From Tubulanus polymorphus (taxonomy: Eukaryota > Animalia > Nemertea): DNA of 64,000 nucleotides. A program made the translations under genes and the position numbers. The notes under the pieces are model-generated. The model was not told the origin of the DNA and searched no databases. It saw only the letters and a program-made list of their open reading frames with translations. The DNA lies in NCBI RefSeq assembly GCF_964204645.1, contig NC_134032.1, forward strand, positions 3,434,175 through 3,498,174, written 5' to 3'. Positions 61,557-64,000 of the stretch are shown here, piece after piece. Every line of letters begins with the position of its first letter. Within the stretch, counting starts at the first letter, position 1.

Positions 61557-63348
61557 AAGGCCCATGTGCACTTTTAGTCCCTTTGTCCGGGAATACTCCT
61601 ACTACCTTTGGAACGTGACAAGTCATTCAAAATTGGTCTCTGGATCCACCCCTGCAACGAGCCTGTTCAATCGTTCGATGCATTTTTAACAAATATTAGG
61701 TTTTTGCAGAAAAAAATGCATTTGAAATTAAATGCACGGTAAGTACCTTTTTAATATGAACTAAAAATTGGAGGCATGGGTTTAAAAATAATCTAACAAG
61801 GACGTCAGCGAAATGCAGATGAATAGTAAGAGACTATTACCTGTGCTTGTGCTGCTGCTGCTGCTGCTGCTGCTACTGACAACAATATAATTGAATTGAA
61901 TTGAATTTATTTTGCATTTCAAAATTACATTTTAAAATAGAAAAATTTACAGGGTTTCGTGTGAATTTTTTTCCAATGTAGCGCAATTAAAAAAGTGACT
62001 TATACGAATCCGGGCCCCCTAACTCGAAAAAAACACGCACACGTGAACATACACACATGCATGCACGCACGCACGCACACACACACACGTAATAAACAGG
62101 AGACATATATCAATCAGTATATGAAAGTATACATAACTTGTGGTCAGCCCTGGTTCTTTAGGTTCTTATTTTGTGGGCATTTTATCTCAAACCACCGAAA
62201 GACTGAATTACTAATCAATTCAAAAGATCATTAATTAATGGAAATGAGGATCAGTGTTGAACTGATAGTCCTTAGTGTGTCTCTGGTATGGGTGCTTTGG
62301 TACTTGGAATCATGTACACCGAATCTAATCTGTATCAAATTCTTTTTATTTTCACTACAGCCGTAATTGACTATGATGTTTTCAAGTGGTCTTAAGTACC
62401 GCTAATAGCCGAATGTTGTTGATTTATGTAAAATTTACATACAGCGCCACCCGTTGGTAGTAAAACTAACCCGAGCAATACGGGTGTTAAATCGATACGC
62501 TAGCAAACTGGCATTCTCATAATGCATTAACCACTTGAAACTGCCAGATCAAACATCATACCGCATCCCCGCAAAGAGGGGTAGTTCAGCAAACCGGAGT
62601 TTTCATTGGCCTCTCTAGACTACCCCACCAGTACGGGTAGCCCAACAAACCGGAAAACTCATAATGCGACTAAAGATGAATCCGCGGTCCAACAGATTTT
62701 CATTTCGCGACCCGGCACATTGCAAATGCATACCAGCAATCATTTTTTTTTAAATATTGAAGTCGCCCATTAAAGCAATAGTGAATGTAAAAAAATTTCA
62801 ATGGAGAATCCTTTCTAGTTTCACACCAAACGCCGAAGCTTCGGCAGGCGGCGTTCAGACCCTGGTAGGTGAGGATGCTGCGGAGCGGATTCGTTCAATT
62901 TCAAATTGCCGGAGCAAACCTTATTTCGTCATGGCGGCTGAAATGAAATGATGAAAATGATGCTATAAAACTGAGAAACACTCCTAATAACTCTGGCTTT
63001 AATAAGGTAAATAGAAAGCGGAGGAGACAAACTGTAATCTGAACAGATTAAGATATAAGTTTCTCGTTTGGGAAGATTTGTTTTTTGTGGTGTAATGTCG
63101 TATTTATGCACGAATTCGACCTGGTTGAATGGGTTCTGGATGAAAACCTATTCAATTCAACATAGGCCTATTGTCAGGATATCATATTTAAACGATCGCA
63201 GTGGATATTTTACCGTATATGGCTGAGTGTTTATTTCCGCTAATTTACCATACATCGTCGCTGATTGGCTGATTTACACCACGCGTGCGCACAAAGCTGT
63301 GCGACTTAGAAAATTCAAGGAAAGTGGAGAACAGTGTTAGAGAAAATA

Positions 63349-63425
63349 GAGCGGATGGAGCGAGACTCAAACCCGGGCCAGTAAATAACTAGCGTAGCCT
63401 CATACCACTAGACCACCTAGTCAGT
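63349..63425 (-). mobile_element. tRNA-derived SINE head
   Basis: A-box TGGTCTAGTGG and B-box-like GGTTTGAGTCTC without a good cloverleaf. Confidence 0.45.
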
Positions 63426-63528
63426 ATCCTGACCGTGGTTTAGTTTCACTATCGGATATTTTATTTTCACAAACCACAGTCAGGAATGGGAAGGTCATTT
63501 TTGTATGCAATCTTCATCGGTATCATCA

Positions 63529-64000
63529 ATGAATAATGTTACTATCATCGCCGTTACTACAACCCAGCGACTGTCATACGCTGCTAGGACACCAGCCTTT
63601 ATTACAGCCTTTAGAAGTTTCACGAGACGCGCTTATCTTCTCAACACACATTTACTTTGTTAGTGTTTCCACTCGGAAGTGTGTTCAACTTTCTGACAAT
63701 AATTCTACTGATAAAATGTCGCAGATACCAGACTGTTTATCAAGCTGAGCAACTTTCCATATTATTTGAAATACATCCTGGTTAAATTCCAATTTTACCC
63801 GAAAATATGTGGAGATAACTATATGACATTGTCAAAACATGGCAAACTGTGTTCATCATCATTGTACCATTTCTATTATTATTTTCAGTACATTCCTAAC
63901 AAATTCATTTCAAAATGTTTGTCGGTTAACATATCTTACAACCAAGCAATAGCAGTATCACACTACATAGTCTTAGCAATTGCTGTAGAAAGATTTGTTT
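63529..64000 (+). pseudogene. Class A GPCR pseudogene, 5' part (runs off the window)
   Basis: MNNVT start; TM1 LVFPLGSVFNFLTIILL; TM3 NVCRL...AVSHYIVLAIAVERFV; broken by frameshifts. Confidence 0.7.

Overview
Eukaryotic (invertebrate animal-like) genomic DNA. The centre (13419-53265) is a ~40-kb, very AT-rich cluster of three related endogenous Polinton/Maverick-like (adintovirus-like) viral genomes. Element A spans 13419-27446 plus 43441-49353, element B (27447-43440) is nested inside A's zinc-finger gene, and an inverted left-end fragment D occupies 49354-53265. The reconstructed unit is about 18 kb: terminal hairpin, protein-primed-type PolB, small OB-like protein, penton, an unknown ORF, five membrane-type ORFs, double-jelly-roll major capsid and a Zn-finger protein on +; a central fold-back; then, on -, packaging ATPase, chromodomain integrase, two more membrane-type ORFs and an HNH nuclease; a repeat region and the right TIR. 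The most unusual feature is that each element begins with a 194-394 bp self-complementary hairpin. The interiors differ between elements, but the ends (AGTAATAGGG...CCCTATTACT) and strand-biased G.T mismatches are conserved. Genes also carry two classes of short TAAATG-type upstream motifs, and no adenain protease is evident. The flanks hold DNA transposons/MITEs, Penelope-type hammerhead-like motifs, a decayed spliced CAP-domain gene, orphan cytosolic carboxypeptidase (AGBL-like) exons, one intact class A GPCR and one GPCR pseudogene. All assignments come from reading motifs by eye; no database searches were run.
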